DNA of 62,928 bases, counting the filler, from Dirinaria sp. TL-2023a (lineage: Eukaryota), in the NCBI GenBank assembly GCA_051941275.1. It is 21 parts of 21 records of this genome, joined end to end, with 100 filler letters (N's around TTAATTAATTAA, not from the genome) between each part and the next. Parts side by side here need not be neighbours in the genome. Positions count along the whole stretch, not along the records: positions 24,124 to 27,029 come from JAVEBF010002166.1; positions 27,130 to 30,031 come from JAVEBF010002167.1; positions 30,132 to 33,032 come from JAVEBF010002168.1; positions 33,133 to 36,031 come from JAVEBF010002169.1; positions 36,132 to 39,029 come from JAVEBF010002170.1; 16 more parts are not named here. One strand, written 5' to 3'. This document shows positions 26,178 through 39,129 of this stretch, in pieces. The translations under genes were made by a program, and so were the position numbers. Numbering within the stretch: the stretch's first letter is position 1; each line of letters starts with the position of its first letter. Under the pieces are notes generated by a model. That model was not told where the DNA came from. It worked only from the letters and a program-made list of their open reading frames with translations, and searched no databases.

Positions 26178-27595
26178 CTATTACGATTGTGATGACAGCA
26201 CCCGCACACACATGTACACCGCTTGGTGACCTAACGACAGTAACGACATTTCTAAATATGAAGATCTCAGACTACAATCGCGTTCAGCACGCATATATAC
26301 GGAGAAAGACCATCCCGCAAGGGAGAACACAGCATTGACGAATCCACGTTTTCACGATTCAGCGATATCATCTTAATCTTTTTCTCTCCCTAAACAGGTC
26401 CTTGGCGAACTACGCCCTTGTATCCCCAGATCCTTTGTGACTTAGCAAAATAACTTGTAATGTTGTGGTGGAATTTTGCCTTTAACGACTTCCTATTCTG
26501 CGCCCATTATGAGTACTGCTGATTACCTTAATATCGTTGGAACCTTTTGGATTGGAATACATTTGAGCGAGAAGCATAGCGCGATGGACTTTGATGATGA
26601 ATCCAGGCGAATGATATCCCCGCTTAACGAAGTTTAATGAAGCGTGTGTTCTACTGAGCGTTTCCTAGCCCTTTTTGACGAGTGGCAATGCGCATACTGG
26701 CCGTTTTTGGTGTGCCTATTCTGGTCGATCAGATCGACGATACATGTCCCGTACAAGCAAGCGCACGAGCAAGCACGATTGAAGGCCTTGGGCTTATTTT
26801 TGGGAGTGGCCAGACGAGCCTCAGAAGCCGGGGTGTGATCGGCAGTGACCAGAATAGCAAAACCTTAGTCTATTTGATTCGAGCCATCATGACAGGTTTC
26901 GGCGTGTTCGATTTGTTTGTGAATATTGGGTGTCAATGACGAGTGGGATGATTGTCAAAGGAATATCCGGATCGTTAGATCACGCTGACCGCCGTTGTCA
27001 ACTGTGATGATTCCCCCAAACCCCAGACTNNNNNNNNNNNNNNNNNNNNNNNNNNNNNNNNNNNNNNNNNNNNTTAATTAATTAANNNNNNNNNNNNNNN
27101 NNNNNNNNNNNNNNNNNNNNNNNNNNNNNATTTTATGACATGCATGACAGGGGTTGGAATACCATTTCCACGCACAGGATCACAGTGGGGGAGAAGGGGA
27201 AAAGATAAAGAAAAAGGGCAACGCTTGTCGTGTGTTGAAAATTCTGATGATGACGAAGGTGACGAAGAGAAAAGGGGGAAGAGAAATCAAAGGGAAAATC
27301 TTACGAATTGTAAAAAATTTGAACGGCGCACCCTTTTTTTTTTTTCTCTTTCTTTCTTCTCCCTATTCTAAGATCTTTTTAATTTTAGGTATACCATCTC
27401 ACAGGCATGATAACCAACATGTCAGTGATATCCAAGCTCGTCAACGGGACGAGACGCCCAATGCTGATGCCGGGACCTATATGATATAAGAAAACCCCCC
27501 TTACCCCAAAAACGTTGAAGATCATGATTCGTGACGTAGATGGCTCGTGAATTAAATCGTGTAAGCTCTCTTCTCCATGGTGGGAGTAGTCGGTA

Positions 27596-29300
27596 TTATT
27601 GCCGCTGAGGTTTTCGGGCTACGACGACGCTTCTGCGAAAGAGTTAGAAGCAGTGCTGGATAAATGGAAGATGATGTAGTGAAACTTACAAGTCCTGATA
27701 GGCATGGACTTTGCGATCGAGCAGACATTGGCGCATATTGGCGTTCCACCGCTTGACTTCGTCGTATGTCCACTATTATAGTGTCAGCTGGATATGATCA
27801 CGTGATTTCGTGGAAGAGGATCACGGCTAAGGTGTTGTGAATTAGAAGCTAGTGCAGAGAGAAGTCACCCACCCCCATACACCGAGTCAGCAAAGCCATG
27901 GTCCACCCCTCCAACCCGGCTTCCCACGCGTGCATGTTCCACCTCCCGACATCCTTCAGCCGCGCGTCATTGCTCCACGGCCCGAGCGGCCACTTGAACT
28001 TATATTCCACCACATCCACAAACCCCGCTGCGGTGATCAAAGCCTTCATTTGCGGCTGGATCTGCATCGTTCTGCCAAAGCTCTTGCCGCATTCGATGGC
28101 TAGCTCGCCTTGCGTCTCCCACATCGATCCAGGAGGAATAGAACCATCGTCGCATTTCGTGACGGGCGAAACTTCCGCGTGCTCGATATAGCCGCCTGGC
28201 GACAGATGCCTGCGTAGAAGGCTGTTCAGCTGACAATCGAATTAGGTCGGGGCTTCGGGATTCTCACTCGTAGACTTCGCGATAGAGAGCCGGCCAGTCT
28301 GCCACGCTGGCGCGGAGAAGCCGGATATGGATGTAGTCGAAGTGGTCTTTAGGGTAAACCCATTCGCTGCAGCAATCGTCCACCTCGAAACGAAGGTTGG
28401 GAGGGGTAAAATCTTGTTGGATTGGTGACAAGTCGGTCCCTGGGCTTGCTGTTAGCATTGACTTTGTCTCTGTGGCGGACCGCATCTCATGGCGAGCCAT
28501 ACCAATGACCTCTGCAAGAGGATGTTTTTCCGCAAAATCTCTACACTTCGTTAGGTCACTGTGCACCAGGCAGTCGAGGAGTGACGGACAACGCCCATAT
28601 ACCAATACCAGTCCCAACATCGAGAACTTTCCGTGGCTTGTCCAATGGTGCCAGGCAAAGCCTGTCATTGAACGTCAGGAGAAATACGTGGTGCCTTGTG
28701 AGACGGCTTCTCGTCAGCCTTTGATGGAAATAGAGCAGAACGCCGCTCTGGCAAAGACCCACGTAATAACGTCGACCGAGGTGGCTTGCTCATCATTCGG
28801 CGCATAATATTGGCCTGTCGACTGTCAACGTTGTGTTCCTCTTGCGGTTGATGTTGCTCACCCTCGCGATAAGCATGATATCTTCTGCCATTTTCATAAC
28901 GATAGTGGGTGAGCGAGGTTGCCAATGATATTCGGCTGGAGACGATTTTCAGCACCAGTCCACGGGACGGGACACTTCTCGTACGAAGAATAATCGAGTT
29001 GGGTAATCTCGCTATCGGCGTCCTCGTATTCCTCGTCCTTGACCCGTGTCAGCCAGCTATGCAAGGGATGGGGTGCAAGGGTGAACGGGATGGGAGCGAG
29101 CACGTACAATCGGTATTTCTCGACTGGCTTCCATGTAGAGAGGCCGGGGCGAGGGAGGGAACTTGGGAGGGGCACTGTAGCGAGAGGCGGACACGGCAGT
29201 CATTGGGGAGCTGAGTATACAAGTAGACGGCGGTGCTCATGCTGCGACTGACGTCTGAAGGAGAGAAACGCAGCCGAACATTTCCGTCAGGCGAATCCAT
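27596..29300 (-). CDS. Class I SAM-dependent methyltransferase (LaeA-like/UMTA group), multi-exon; start uncertain
   Basis: Spliced motifs: YRYENGRRYHAYREG, YYAPNDE, VLDVGTGIGIWA, GTDLSPIQ, PPNLRFEVDD, FDYIHIR, PGGYIE, AGFVDV, PLGPWS, and a last exon VVVARKPQRQ*. Confidence 0.88.
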
Positions 29301-30535
29301 GAAGGTGGATTATTAAGGGAAAGGGAGAAAAAGCGCAGAGATGGAGCGGGAGCAATTCCCAGGTACTCGTACAGTACAAGGTTAAGTTTACTAAGGTAAG
29401 GTATAATCGTATAGTTGGATCAGGGTCAGGGAGCTAGAGCTAGTGCACGCTGCACTTGGGGCCTCTGGGGGGCTTTTGGTTTTCATTGGCGTTGGCGATT
29501 CGTAGTGCTACCTTAATACCTTAATTGCTGAATCGAAGGACAGGTAGCAGGTAGTGCCGTAGTACTAGTGGGCGTAGTGGGCGTAGTGGGCGTAAGGTAG
29601 TGGGCGTGAGGTAGTGGGCGTCGTGGGCGTAGAGTCACTAAGGTAGAGTGTGGGCACTGGGTTGGTGAGTGGTGGCCGGTGGGTGAAGGAACTAAGGCTA
29701 AGGTCAGAGAACTGGAACCAACCCTTTTCCCCTTGGAGTAAAGAGCCAAAGAGCCAAAAGAGCCCAGAGAAGCCCCGGGAATCCCACCAAGCCACCAGTC
29801 CCGGCATCCAGTCCCCCGGCAACTTCCTTAACCACGGCCCCGGGTTTTGACCACGTCGGGAGAGCTGTGAAGTCGATCTTCACACGACGTGGCATTCGAA
29901 CTAACCTACCCAACGACCTGACCCTGGCCATTATTCCAACCTTACAGCATGTACTGTACTTGGGTCTTGGATCAATCTCCCCAATCTACAGTACTACCAG
30001 ATGTATGTACCTACAGTATCTTCCCCTCCCCNNNNNNNNNNNNNNNNNNNNNNNNNNNNNNNNNNNNNNNNNNNNTTAATTAATTAANNNNNNNNNNNNN
30101 NNNNNNNNNNNNNNNNNNNNNNNNNNNNNNNGGCCATGTATGACAACAAAATATTGAAATTGGTAACAGTCATTACAAGTCGGAGTGATATGACTCTGGG
30201 GTAGATAATCTTTGCTCTGCGAGCTTTCATGAAGACCGAGGATGCGGTAGGTCTAGCAGACATCGATACCAACGTCTTAAGCTCTGCCAATTTGTGGGTG
30301 TCTTCATACTCGTTGCAGCATCGCCGCTCCGTGAGTGACTGCTGAAGAGCTACCATTCTCCAAAAGAATCTCCTTTTTAGCATCATAAGGTAAGCTTGAA
30401 TGATCCGAACGCTATACACGAGCAGGGTTGGATTCGAAAGTGAATCCACAAATGCTGTCACTACAGAGCGAGGTTCAATGTGTACCTCACTTTCGGTTCT
30501 TCTGGGGACCAGCTCCTGATTAAAGGTATAAGAAT

Positions 30536-31430
30536 TTAGCTTGGCTTGAAGCCAATTGCGGTGTGAACGTCGTATCTAAGATAGCAACCCGACTCGATCT
30601 CCTTAATCGCCGCGCGTTCCGTCTCGTCGATCTGCTCCATCGACATAGCTCCCGGCGCATTTTTGGCGGCCATCATACGCGCAAAACCTAAGAGGGCCAC
30701 TAATCCATTCTCCGTAAGCGCTCTTCTTGTTTCTACCACGCGATCTGAGCTCACGATATCCGTTTCGACCCTCAGTCCGCATTGCTTCATGATGGTGGGC
30801 AGCGTGCTCCAGCCCTGGCTGAAACGGTGCTGCACGGGTCCGCTTCGAAACATGAGACTCAGCCGTGTCATCGTAGCTGTCATCGAACCGGGCTCTCCTC
30901 GCAAATGCTGCGCGTCCGAAAACGCAGGTTCAATCCATTGAATCGCGCCACCGGGCTTGAGCAACTGCAGCACGTTCCGCAACACGGGCTCCCAATCGTC
31001 TGGCTCCATCCCAGCAACCAGAAAACGGATGTGGACAACATCGTAGACACCGTGCAGTTCTGCCGGGAGCGGTTCCTTCACATTGGCAGTGAAGAACTTC
31101 GCTTTGTTGTCAGGATCGGGAAGAAACATGGCTGACGAGATATCGTATCCATCGAGTCTTGAGCGTGGGTAGACCTCTGCCAGCGAACGTAAAAACAGGC
31201 CCGTCCCTGTAGCGATGTCCGCAATGCTGGGACAGTCTCCTAGATCATTAGCTACTGAGGGATGTAGTATCCAGCCAAGAGCGCTGCCAGGGCGGATAGC
31301 GTCAGTTGCAGATTCTGTAAGCTCTCAGTTAGAGACCCTACCTTGTAATTATTCGAAATTGGTCATCCATTCTTTGCGCCTCGATCGCATGTCTCCCTAG
31401 ACGTTCCGCGTAGATATCTGAGTACGCCAT
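30536..31430 (-). CDS. Class I SAM-dependent methyltransferase, 2 exons
   Basis: MAYSDIYAERLGRHAIEAQRMDDQF, then an intron, then GWILHPSV...IADIATGTGLFL...LDGYDIS...YDVVHIRFL...LLKPGGAIQWIE. Confidence 0.88.
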
Positions 31431-32815
31431 GATTTCGATGTGAAAAGCCTGGATGTTTTGGAATGTATGCAGGAAGTGGATGGGAGAATACCGATCCTGT
31501 AACGGGCATTCACTGATCTCAAAAAGTCGAGATACCCTGTGCTATCAGAAGCCGCATTCCTGATGGACGAGTCCGGTTAAGCCACACAATACTGGTCACA
31601 ACTGATCTTTTATCCAGGATCCCGCGTTCGTAAACAGGCTATTTAATAGTCTCCTCTGGCACCGGCGAGGTACAAATCAATATATAGCTTTTTAAAGAAA
31701 CGGTAATATCATGGGCATTGAAAACACTCTGCACGCATAGACATAGAACAGTGCAATTCTGAGGGTGGTGGACTGTCCCCCGTATTGCCACTGGAGCATA
31801 TCCAGCACACTTTAAAACTCTTCACTTGACTCGACAGTCCGTTATTTGAGCTCGATGAGAGTTGTCCCTGTTTTTTAATTTTTATTTTTTAATTTTTATT
31901 TCTTTGGGGACCGGCAAGACTTCTGAAGGCGAATGATTGATATAAGATACATAATTTTTGAGTCTTCAGGCACGTAAAATTTTAGAATAAAGCAGTTCAT
32001 CATCCATGTGAACACGAGGCTAATTCTTCAGTCGGCGTCTTGCAAGTTGCCGATCGCAAGGTTGCTAAAGATGGAGTTAAGGCCTCCCATTCCTAGTTCG
32101 AGTTAGAAAGGACGGCCGCGGGATTCCGGCAAGGAATTCGGGTAGGATGTTATCACGTCTTTGCATCGCCATTTTCAATTTCTGGTAGGATTTCTCCTTG
32201 GACTTGACTATCCACCATCCGAAGCGATCAGCAGATTCTCTTTACTTCTTTCCAATCCTGGTCTTACGTGACCAAAAAATTTTTGCGACTTTTGATATGC
32301 AGTAAAGCAGATCTCACTTTTCTGTTGGACATATATCAGACCACAACGTGTACAACCTGGTACAATGGTGCTGCGCATACTTAATGGTCATTTGAATTGG
32401 GTACGTCTATCGCACGCTGTACCTGTCGCCTGCTTTGTATAAGCTATACGTATCTGGTCAAGTACTTCTTGACTTTGACTTCCGCTTTCCGCTCAGTTAG
32501 AGTAAGGCCGCCCAGAAGTCAGAAATCCGCAATCCGTATGGAAAAATTGGAATTCAGGCTTCCAAAGAGCGCAGATCTGTCAGATTTCTATCTCAAGGCT
32601 TGAAAAGGTAGTGTGTATGCTCCGATAAGAACCCTAAGCTTAAATCCAACGTAAGCTCAAGATAAGCTAGTTTAAGGAAATGAAATTGCGTTCCATTGAT
32701 ACCTGAGTGAATCAGCTCTGAATTTGCTGACTGGATACGTTAAATTTTCTTGTAGAAATACTATCCGTCTTCTTCCGACGTACCTCGACCATTTGTAATT
32801 CAACAATCTATGATG

Positions 32816-33032
32816 TCAAATGATCCTACCTCGACTTCCCTCGACTGCAGTCCAAAGATCATCAGCTATCTTCAACGCCCTTCCATCCAGCGGGCCCTTC
32901 CTGATCATGGCGACCGTCTCCTTGATCTGCACGTTCTTACTCGCTCCCAAGACAATTCCGTCTTCGTCCCGCAGCGCTGAGTGGTATACAATCCAGCGGA
33001 CCGCAATCTCGATTGGCGTCAGGTTGAGCGAC
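32816..33032 (-). CDS. C-terminus of an aldo-keto reductase (AKR7/aflatoxin aldehyde reductase-like)
   Basis: Hand translation: LTPIEIAVRWIVYHSALRDEDGIVLGASKNVQIKETVAMIRKGPLDGRALKIADDLWTAVEGSRGRII*. Confidence 0.75.
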
Positions 33033-33132
33033 NNNNNNNNNNNNNNNNNNNNNNNNNNNNNNNNNNNNNNNNNNNNTTAATTAATTAANNNNNNNNNNNN
33101 NNNNNNNNNNNNNNNNNNNNNNNNNNNNNNNN

Positions 33133-35155
33133 AGTTTATAAACGATTTCACGATTAGAAATAAAATTATTTGATAAAATATAATAAAATCTTCACGTTAA
33201 AAGAGTAACTGAGTAAAATTGACAATTGATTGATAGAAATATTATTAAAAAAGATAGCAACAATTGAACAAACGAATTATTCTATTTATATCATTCAAAC
33301 TCATCGTTATTTAAACTGTTTTTCATGTCGATTGATTCGTTCAGTAAATCGTTCAAATCATAAAATGTGTTTGTTGATTGTGAGATCTAAGAATTGAGAT
33401 TATCGTTTGAATTATATCGCGTTTTGTATTTGTTGTACTTCTTTTTTAAAACATCTCAATACATCTCGCGTCAAGAAAACTCACTCGATTTCACATCTCA
33501 ATTTTTAAAAAATTGATCTCTCATCGACGACTGCAATAATATCGTTTTGTCATATATAAAACTCAAAACGTTTTGAGTTTTGCTATAATATTAACGAAAT
33601 TTTTGATTCGCGACGTCAATAATTAATCGCATCTCGTTTTTTCACGAAATTTTTTTATTTCTCAGACGATTTCGAGAATCATTCAATTTGTCGAATATTG
33701 AGATGTAAATTTTAAAAACGTTCTGAATCGTGAGTTTTTTAGTATTGCTCAAAATTTTGATGAATAAACAAAAAGATTTGACGATGTCAATCAAATAAAG
33801 TACTCGACGTGTTTTCATTTCTCTCTCGAAAATTTGAGATAATCGCTCGCGTGGGTATCAAAGAACTGATTTAAATCAACTCGTAATTTGTGAGCACAAA
33901 TTAACATGTGACAAATTGAGTTTCAGCGATTTTTGACATTTTAAAACAATTTGAGCGATCGAGTTTTAATTAGTTTGATTCGATCAATCTTAAACTCAGC
34001 GTTTCGTCGCTCTGTTTTAATGCGCTTCGTTTAAATGACGAAGAATAATTTTTTACGCTGTTTACTAATATTGATATAGACTGCAGTTTTGCGCATTTGC
34101 AAAATTTGTTATTATTTGAGTTTCGATCAATATAAAGATTAATACAAATAATTTTATTTTCGTTAATGTCATGAATAAATTTTTAAGTTTAGCGACGTTC
34201 GATTTATTCGTTGCTTCGTCTCAATTTTTCTGAAATTTATCATTGATAAGAGTGACACGTACGCGTTTTAATAGCGTTTTAAATGTCAATTGTAATACAT
34301 GCGTTAGACAAAAAACGTGTTGTGTGCATATCTCATTCTCATTTGTTTCGATATTTCTCGAATGATTTTTTTCGTTCTCGTTAGATTAATTATCGTCAAC
34401 ATTTTAACGATCGATATCGTTCGAATTCTCAGAAAATAAAAAATCGTAATTTATGTAATTTAAGAAACTTTTCATAAAAGTGTTATTGTTACTCGCGTTA
34501 TCAATGATCATCGCGAGAACTTTTCTGAAAATGTTCTGAGAAATCAGAACTCGTCGAATTATCTCTGTCATTCTCATTTCATCGTCAAGAATATTTTCGT
34601 GTTATCTGAAAAAAGATGTTGTAATAAATTTTTTTTTATTTTCGACAGTTTTTTTATGATATGATTCTTAATTGTAAAAGCGTTAAACAATTTAACATTG
34701 AGATTCAGACAGCGCAAAATGCGAAAAAATTTCACATATTTTATTATTCGAAACGATAAATCGTAGATCATAATTCAGCGTTTAAACTGATAATCGAAAT
34801 TCGTTTTATCTAATTATTTGTCATGTAAAATCACATCTTGATTTTAATAAAAATTTGTATTAGTTTGTGATTTGATAAACGAGAGACTAAAATTTCTTAT
34901 TACGTGATAATAAAAAAAGATTTTTAGTAATCTTTTTAATAATAAAAGTTCGATCAGATTTTAAAAAAATTATGCGCAGAATTTATTTTTTTATTCAACG
35001 AGTCTCGAAAAGGCAACTGACTCAAATCTCGAGAATTAGTCTCGTTTTTACAAGTTTGAATTTTGAGATGATCTATCATATGAGAGATGTCAATTTTTAA
35101 ACTAAAATGTTTTAAATTTTTGTCGCAACAAGTGCATACAACGCGAGAATAATCG
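33133..35155 (-). pseudogene. Hypermutated hAT-family DNA transposase relic
   Basis: The minus strand retains degenerate hAT motifs in the expected order: ISHMIDHLKIQTC (BED-like, about 35050-35095), AMIIDNASNNN (about 34480-34515), HVFCLTHVLQL (CxxH, about 34285-34320) and NVKNR*NS (DVxxRWNS, about 33915-33940). The DNA is very AT-rich and nearly lacks CC/GG. Confidence 0.82.
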
Positions 35156-36031
35156 TTTTTTTTTTTTTTTAATTCTTACTCGATTCAACATCCACAAGGG
35201 ATCTATGCGAGATCTATATACTTATATCGGCGGCGCGTCAGCGCTGCGTCGACTCTTTTCTTGTTACGTGCAGTTTTCTCTATTCATAATATGAGAAAAT
35301 CCTTCATGCGAGGACTTTATGAGTCTAAGAATTCGAAGAAAAAGCAATCGTCTGAAACTGACTGAGTAAATCAGTGAATAAAATCATGCGTATCGTCGCT
35401 GTGATATCAACGACGTTATCGAGCAGTTTTCTCACATCTGTAATATTATTCGCTTTTCGTTGCATCTTTAGTCTCTTCTGTCTTCACGTGAGACACGTTA
35501 ATAGCACGTGTCTGATTGTCATGCGATCTTGTTCGCAGTCGCAAATTTTTGTAATCATTTTAAAGACGAGTCGCTCGTTTAAAAATTGATTGAAATTTAT
35601 TTTACTCGTTCTCAGTTGTGTAAACAAAACGTTGTGTGATTTTGTTCGATCATCGTGAAATCGCATATGACGCTGAGTTATCGTAGACGTCAACGCGCGA
35701 TAATGAGCTTCGTTGATGTTTTTTTTTTCATTTTCTTCGTCATTTTGCGCGAGTTTATTCTTGAATCAGCGCTGTTTTGACAGCAGATTCACACGTCAAA
35801 TGATCGAGCAGCGAATGATTGTGTGTCTCGTTGATTATTTTATTCGTTTCTTTATTGTTTTTTATTTCTTTGTGATCGAGTATTCAGTGAAGTTTGAGTG
35901 AAGTTTTTTTTTCTCGTATCGTCTCGCACGCGCTTTGTATGCGTCGTAAAGATGATTGATCTGTTGTCGAGATCATTGTGTGTATCATTTTTAGTGAGAT
36001 TTGACTGTCTGAGTAAGCTTTATACACTCTG
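35156..36031 (-). mobile_element. Hypermutated 3' end of a Tad-like LINE (RNase H, C-terminal Cys/His knuckle, 3' UTR, poly(A))
   Basis: Translation LFTQLRTSKINFNQFL...CDCEQDRMTIRHVLLTC, with an A15 tail on the minus strand at 35156-35170. Positions 35672-36031 align to the intact copy at 39029-38670. Confidence 0.88.
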
Positions 36032-38634
36032 NNNNNNNNNNNNNNNNNNNNNNNNNNNNNNNNNNNNNNNNNNNNTTAATTAATTAANNNNNNNNNNNNN
36101 NNNNNNNNNNNNNNNNNNNNNNNNNNNNNNNACCGTCCACAATTTATCAACAGTTGAGCTCCAGACGAAGATGGAGAATGGGGCAAGTGAGGTAGGTATG
36201 AAGTCATCGGTTTCCCCTCGACCGGAATTAGGCGATAAGCGTAGGAATGCAGACGGGCCAATAGTTGTGCCGTGAGACTGACCAATCGACAGGGAGCAAT
36301 GTTGCGGTACCTACACGCTCCTGTCATGGGACGACCTGTACATGGAAGGTGAGCTTTACACATGTGTCATGATGATGAGGATGGCCAGAGTATCTAGAAC
36401 GTACCGAAGCTGTGCTAGGTATGTAACTAGGGAAGGTCCTGTACAGTGGATCTAAGGCAGCACGACAACGGCTATAACATTCTGCAAGTAGGCACACCTC
36501 CTCATGTTGTTAGAGACAGAATCTAACCACTAGAATTGGATCAAGACATCCTTCCGCCTGCTTAGACAGCATGCACAGCTTACGGACCATGATTTTTCTG
36601 CATGCACTATGATGAGTAAGAATGTACTGACCCTGCTTGGCGATTTTCGGCCCCATTGAAGATCAATTTTCCTTGTGCCAATGGCAGTGCTATTGGTATC
36701 GAACATCTCACTATGGTATCGATCTTAAGCAAAGAGAGTGTCCCAGAATGCCTCTTCCATTTGCTCTTTTTCCTGTAAAGGGTGAAGAGCGCAGTCATCC
36801 AGATTACGACCAGAACTCGATCAAAATCCAGAAAGATGAGTTCAGTCGCCGTTTTTGATAACCGGGAGCACGGTTTCGCTTGAATAGTCTTGCTTGTTAG
36901 GAGCCAAATGTAGAAAGCCGATCCGAAGCGGTTCGGACGGCATTCACCGCGTCTCATATGGACCTCCGTTCTCCATTTCAAAACGGCAAGGGCAAGATGT
37001 AAGATCAAGGATGTCTAGGAGGCGTCAGTGCCGTTGTGCCGGTTACTGATATGTGCCCCACAATCGGACATAAGAAAAAGTGAGCCTGTCAAGTAAGATT
37101 GCCCCCTTGGCTCATCTGCAATAATTTCGCTGAGCGGGAATATCCCATAATAATGGCATCACTGAGCAGGCCAGCCAACCTACAGCGCCAATATATCATC
37201 CTTGGAACCTTCTTCCGCTCTATCTTATCTTAGCTTCAGTAAGGTAGATTCAAGTCCACGGCCCAGGGCAGACTACGATCGCCCTACTTAAGCTTAGCCC
37301 TAATCGAATCACGTGCGGCTAACACTCTACAACCTTTCGCCAAAGACAGCCTTATCGCAAGCTTGAACATATATGAGTCAGGGTCAGGATTTGAGCTACC
37401 CTACTGAAATCTACCAGACCAGAGTATGCAATCCTTGAAGAACTGAATTACAGAAAAAAAAAAGCAAAAGCTCATGTTCCAAAATTAAACTTGAGAACTC
37501 GGGCCAATAACAAGCCCTCTCGACCATTACCATAGCTTCATTGGAGTGATTTTAGATCATGTATTCTAACTATGTCGGACTCTCTACACGTAGATACAGA
37601 ACCCGAACGTCACCTGCCACTCTACCAAAATAAATATCTCCCCTGCAAATCGAACAATACCTACTAATCATAAAGAAAATAGCTACATCGCTTCCTTCAT
37701 CCACCAATGAATTTCCATCTCCATTCCCTCCTCACCTTTTAATTTTCCAAGAGATCTTCTCGTTACACGCTCACAATAAAATGTACTGAGTGATATCGCA
37801 TTCCGGAGATTGGGCAGAAGCTCGGTTCAGGAGAGAAGCATCCCTGAACCAAAATCCACGTTTAGTATACGCTCTTCCCTAGTACCAGAAAGGCCAAAAA
37901 GCTGCAGCAGCTCACATCTCTATCTCGGTATATCTTAAATAACCTTCTAGAATCGCGCTGGTACTTGTCTTATTATATTAACCACCCATTAAAAGTAATT
38001 CGGCGAGAAAAATTCCCATTTACTTCCCCCTTTTTTTTTTTCCCAAAAAAGAGATGAACTCTACACAACATGCCTAATCCAATCCAATCCAAATCCAATC
38101 ATCCTAAACCCTCCTCCCCTATTACTCAATACTCATATCTCTCCTCCAGCGCAGCGCAGTAAAGCCAGCCAGGCATGAAATCAAACTGCGCATGATCCCA
38201 GGAATAATACCGTTTCTTTTTTTTGGTTGCATTTCATAAAATCGATTCATCGCTTATTCAAACATCCAATCCCTACTTCCTTAGAACCTTCCTTCTGGGT
38301 ATTGACACACACGCTTTCTCTATCAAGTGACAGAATCGAAATCACTCATGATTTTATGGTTGATTAATGCATGCATGACTTACACTGTCCAAAATCAAAA
38401 ATGTCGCTTTACCCACTTTTATTATCATGACTCACTCCCACGCGCGACCTACTTCAGCCACCCAAAAATCCCTGCCGTGCAATATCTGAAATGAAGCTAC
38501 TTCTAAATAGGTCTAGGACCTAGAACATCCAACAGACTCCAGCCCATCGATTCTTCAAATACAAGTCATAACCGCAAATTCATGAACATAAAAAAGAAAA
38601 AAGATTCATACAAAAAAACCAATCACTTTTCTTC

Positions 38635-39029
38635 GGCAGCTCACTGCGAAAGAAGTGACAACTGCGTAGGCAGGGTGTATAGGGTTTACTCAGACAGCCA
38701 AGCCTCACTAAAGGTGGTACACACAATGACCTCGACAACAGATCAGCCACGTCTACGACGCATACAGAGCGCGTGCGAGGCGATACGAGAAAAGGGAGCT
38801 TCACTCGAACTTCACTGGATACCCGGCCACAAAGGAATAAGAGGCAATGAAGAAGCGGATAGAGTAGTCAACGAGACACACAAATATTCGCTGCCCGATC
38901 AACTGACGTGTGAACCTGCTGCCAGAGCAGCGCTGATTCAAGAACAAGCCCGCGCAGAATGGCGAAGAAAGTGGAAAGAAGGCACCAACGGAGCTCACTA
39001 TCGCGCGTTGGCGCCTACGGTAACTCAGC
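38635..39029 (+). mobile_element. Unmutated (open) RNase H segment of the same LINE family, apparently 5'-truncated
   Basis: VYSDSQASLK...LHWIPGHKGIRGNEEADR are RNase H motifs of non-LTR elements. The sequence upstream of about 38635 is A-rich and non-coding. Confidence 0.88.
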
Positions 39030-39129
39030 NNNNNNNNNNNNNNNNNNNNNNNNNNNNNNNNNNNNNNNNNNNNTTAATTAATTAANNNNNNNNNNNNNNN
39101 NNNNNNNNNNNNNNNNNNNNNNNNNNNNN

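Noticed and set aside
30132..30461. 125-aa minus-strand ORF
   Set aside because: GTG start and no recognisable motif; cannot be supported.
36600..36640. ATGATGA...CTGA as a C/D-box snoRNA
   Set aside because: No terminal D box or stem at a suitable distance and no recognisable rRNA guide.
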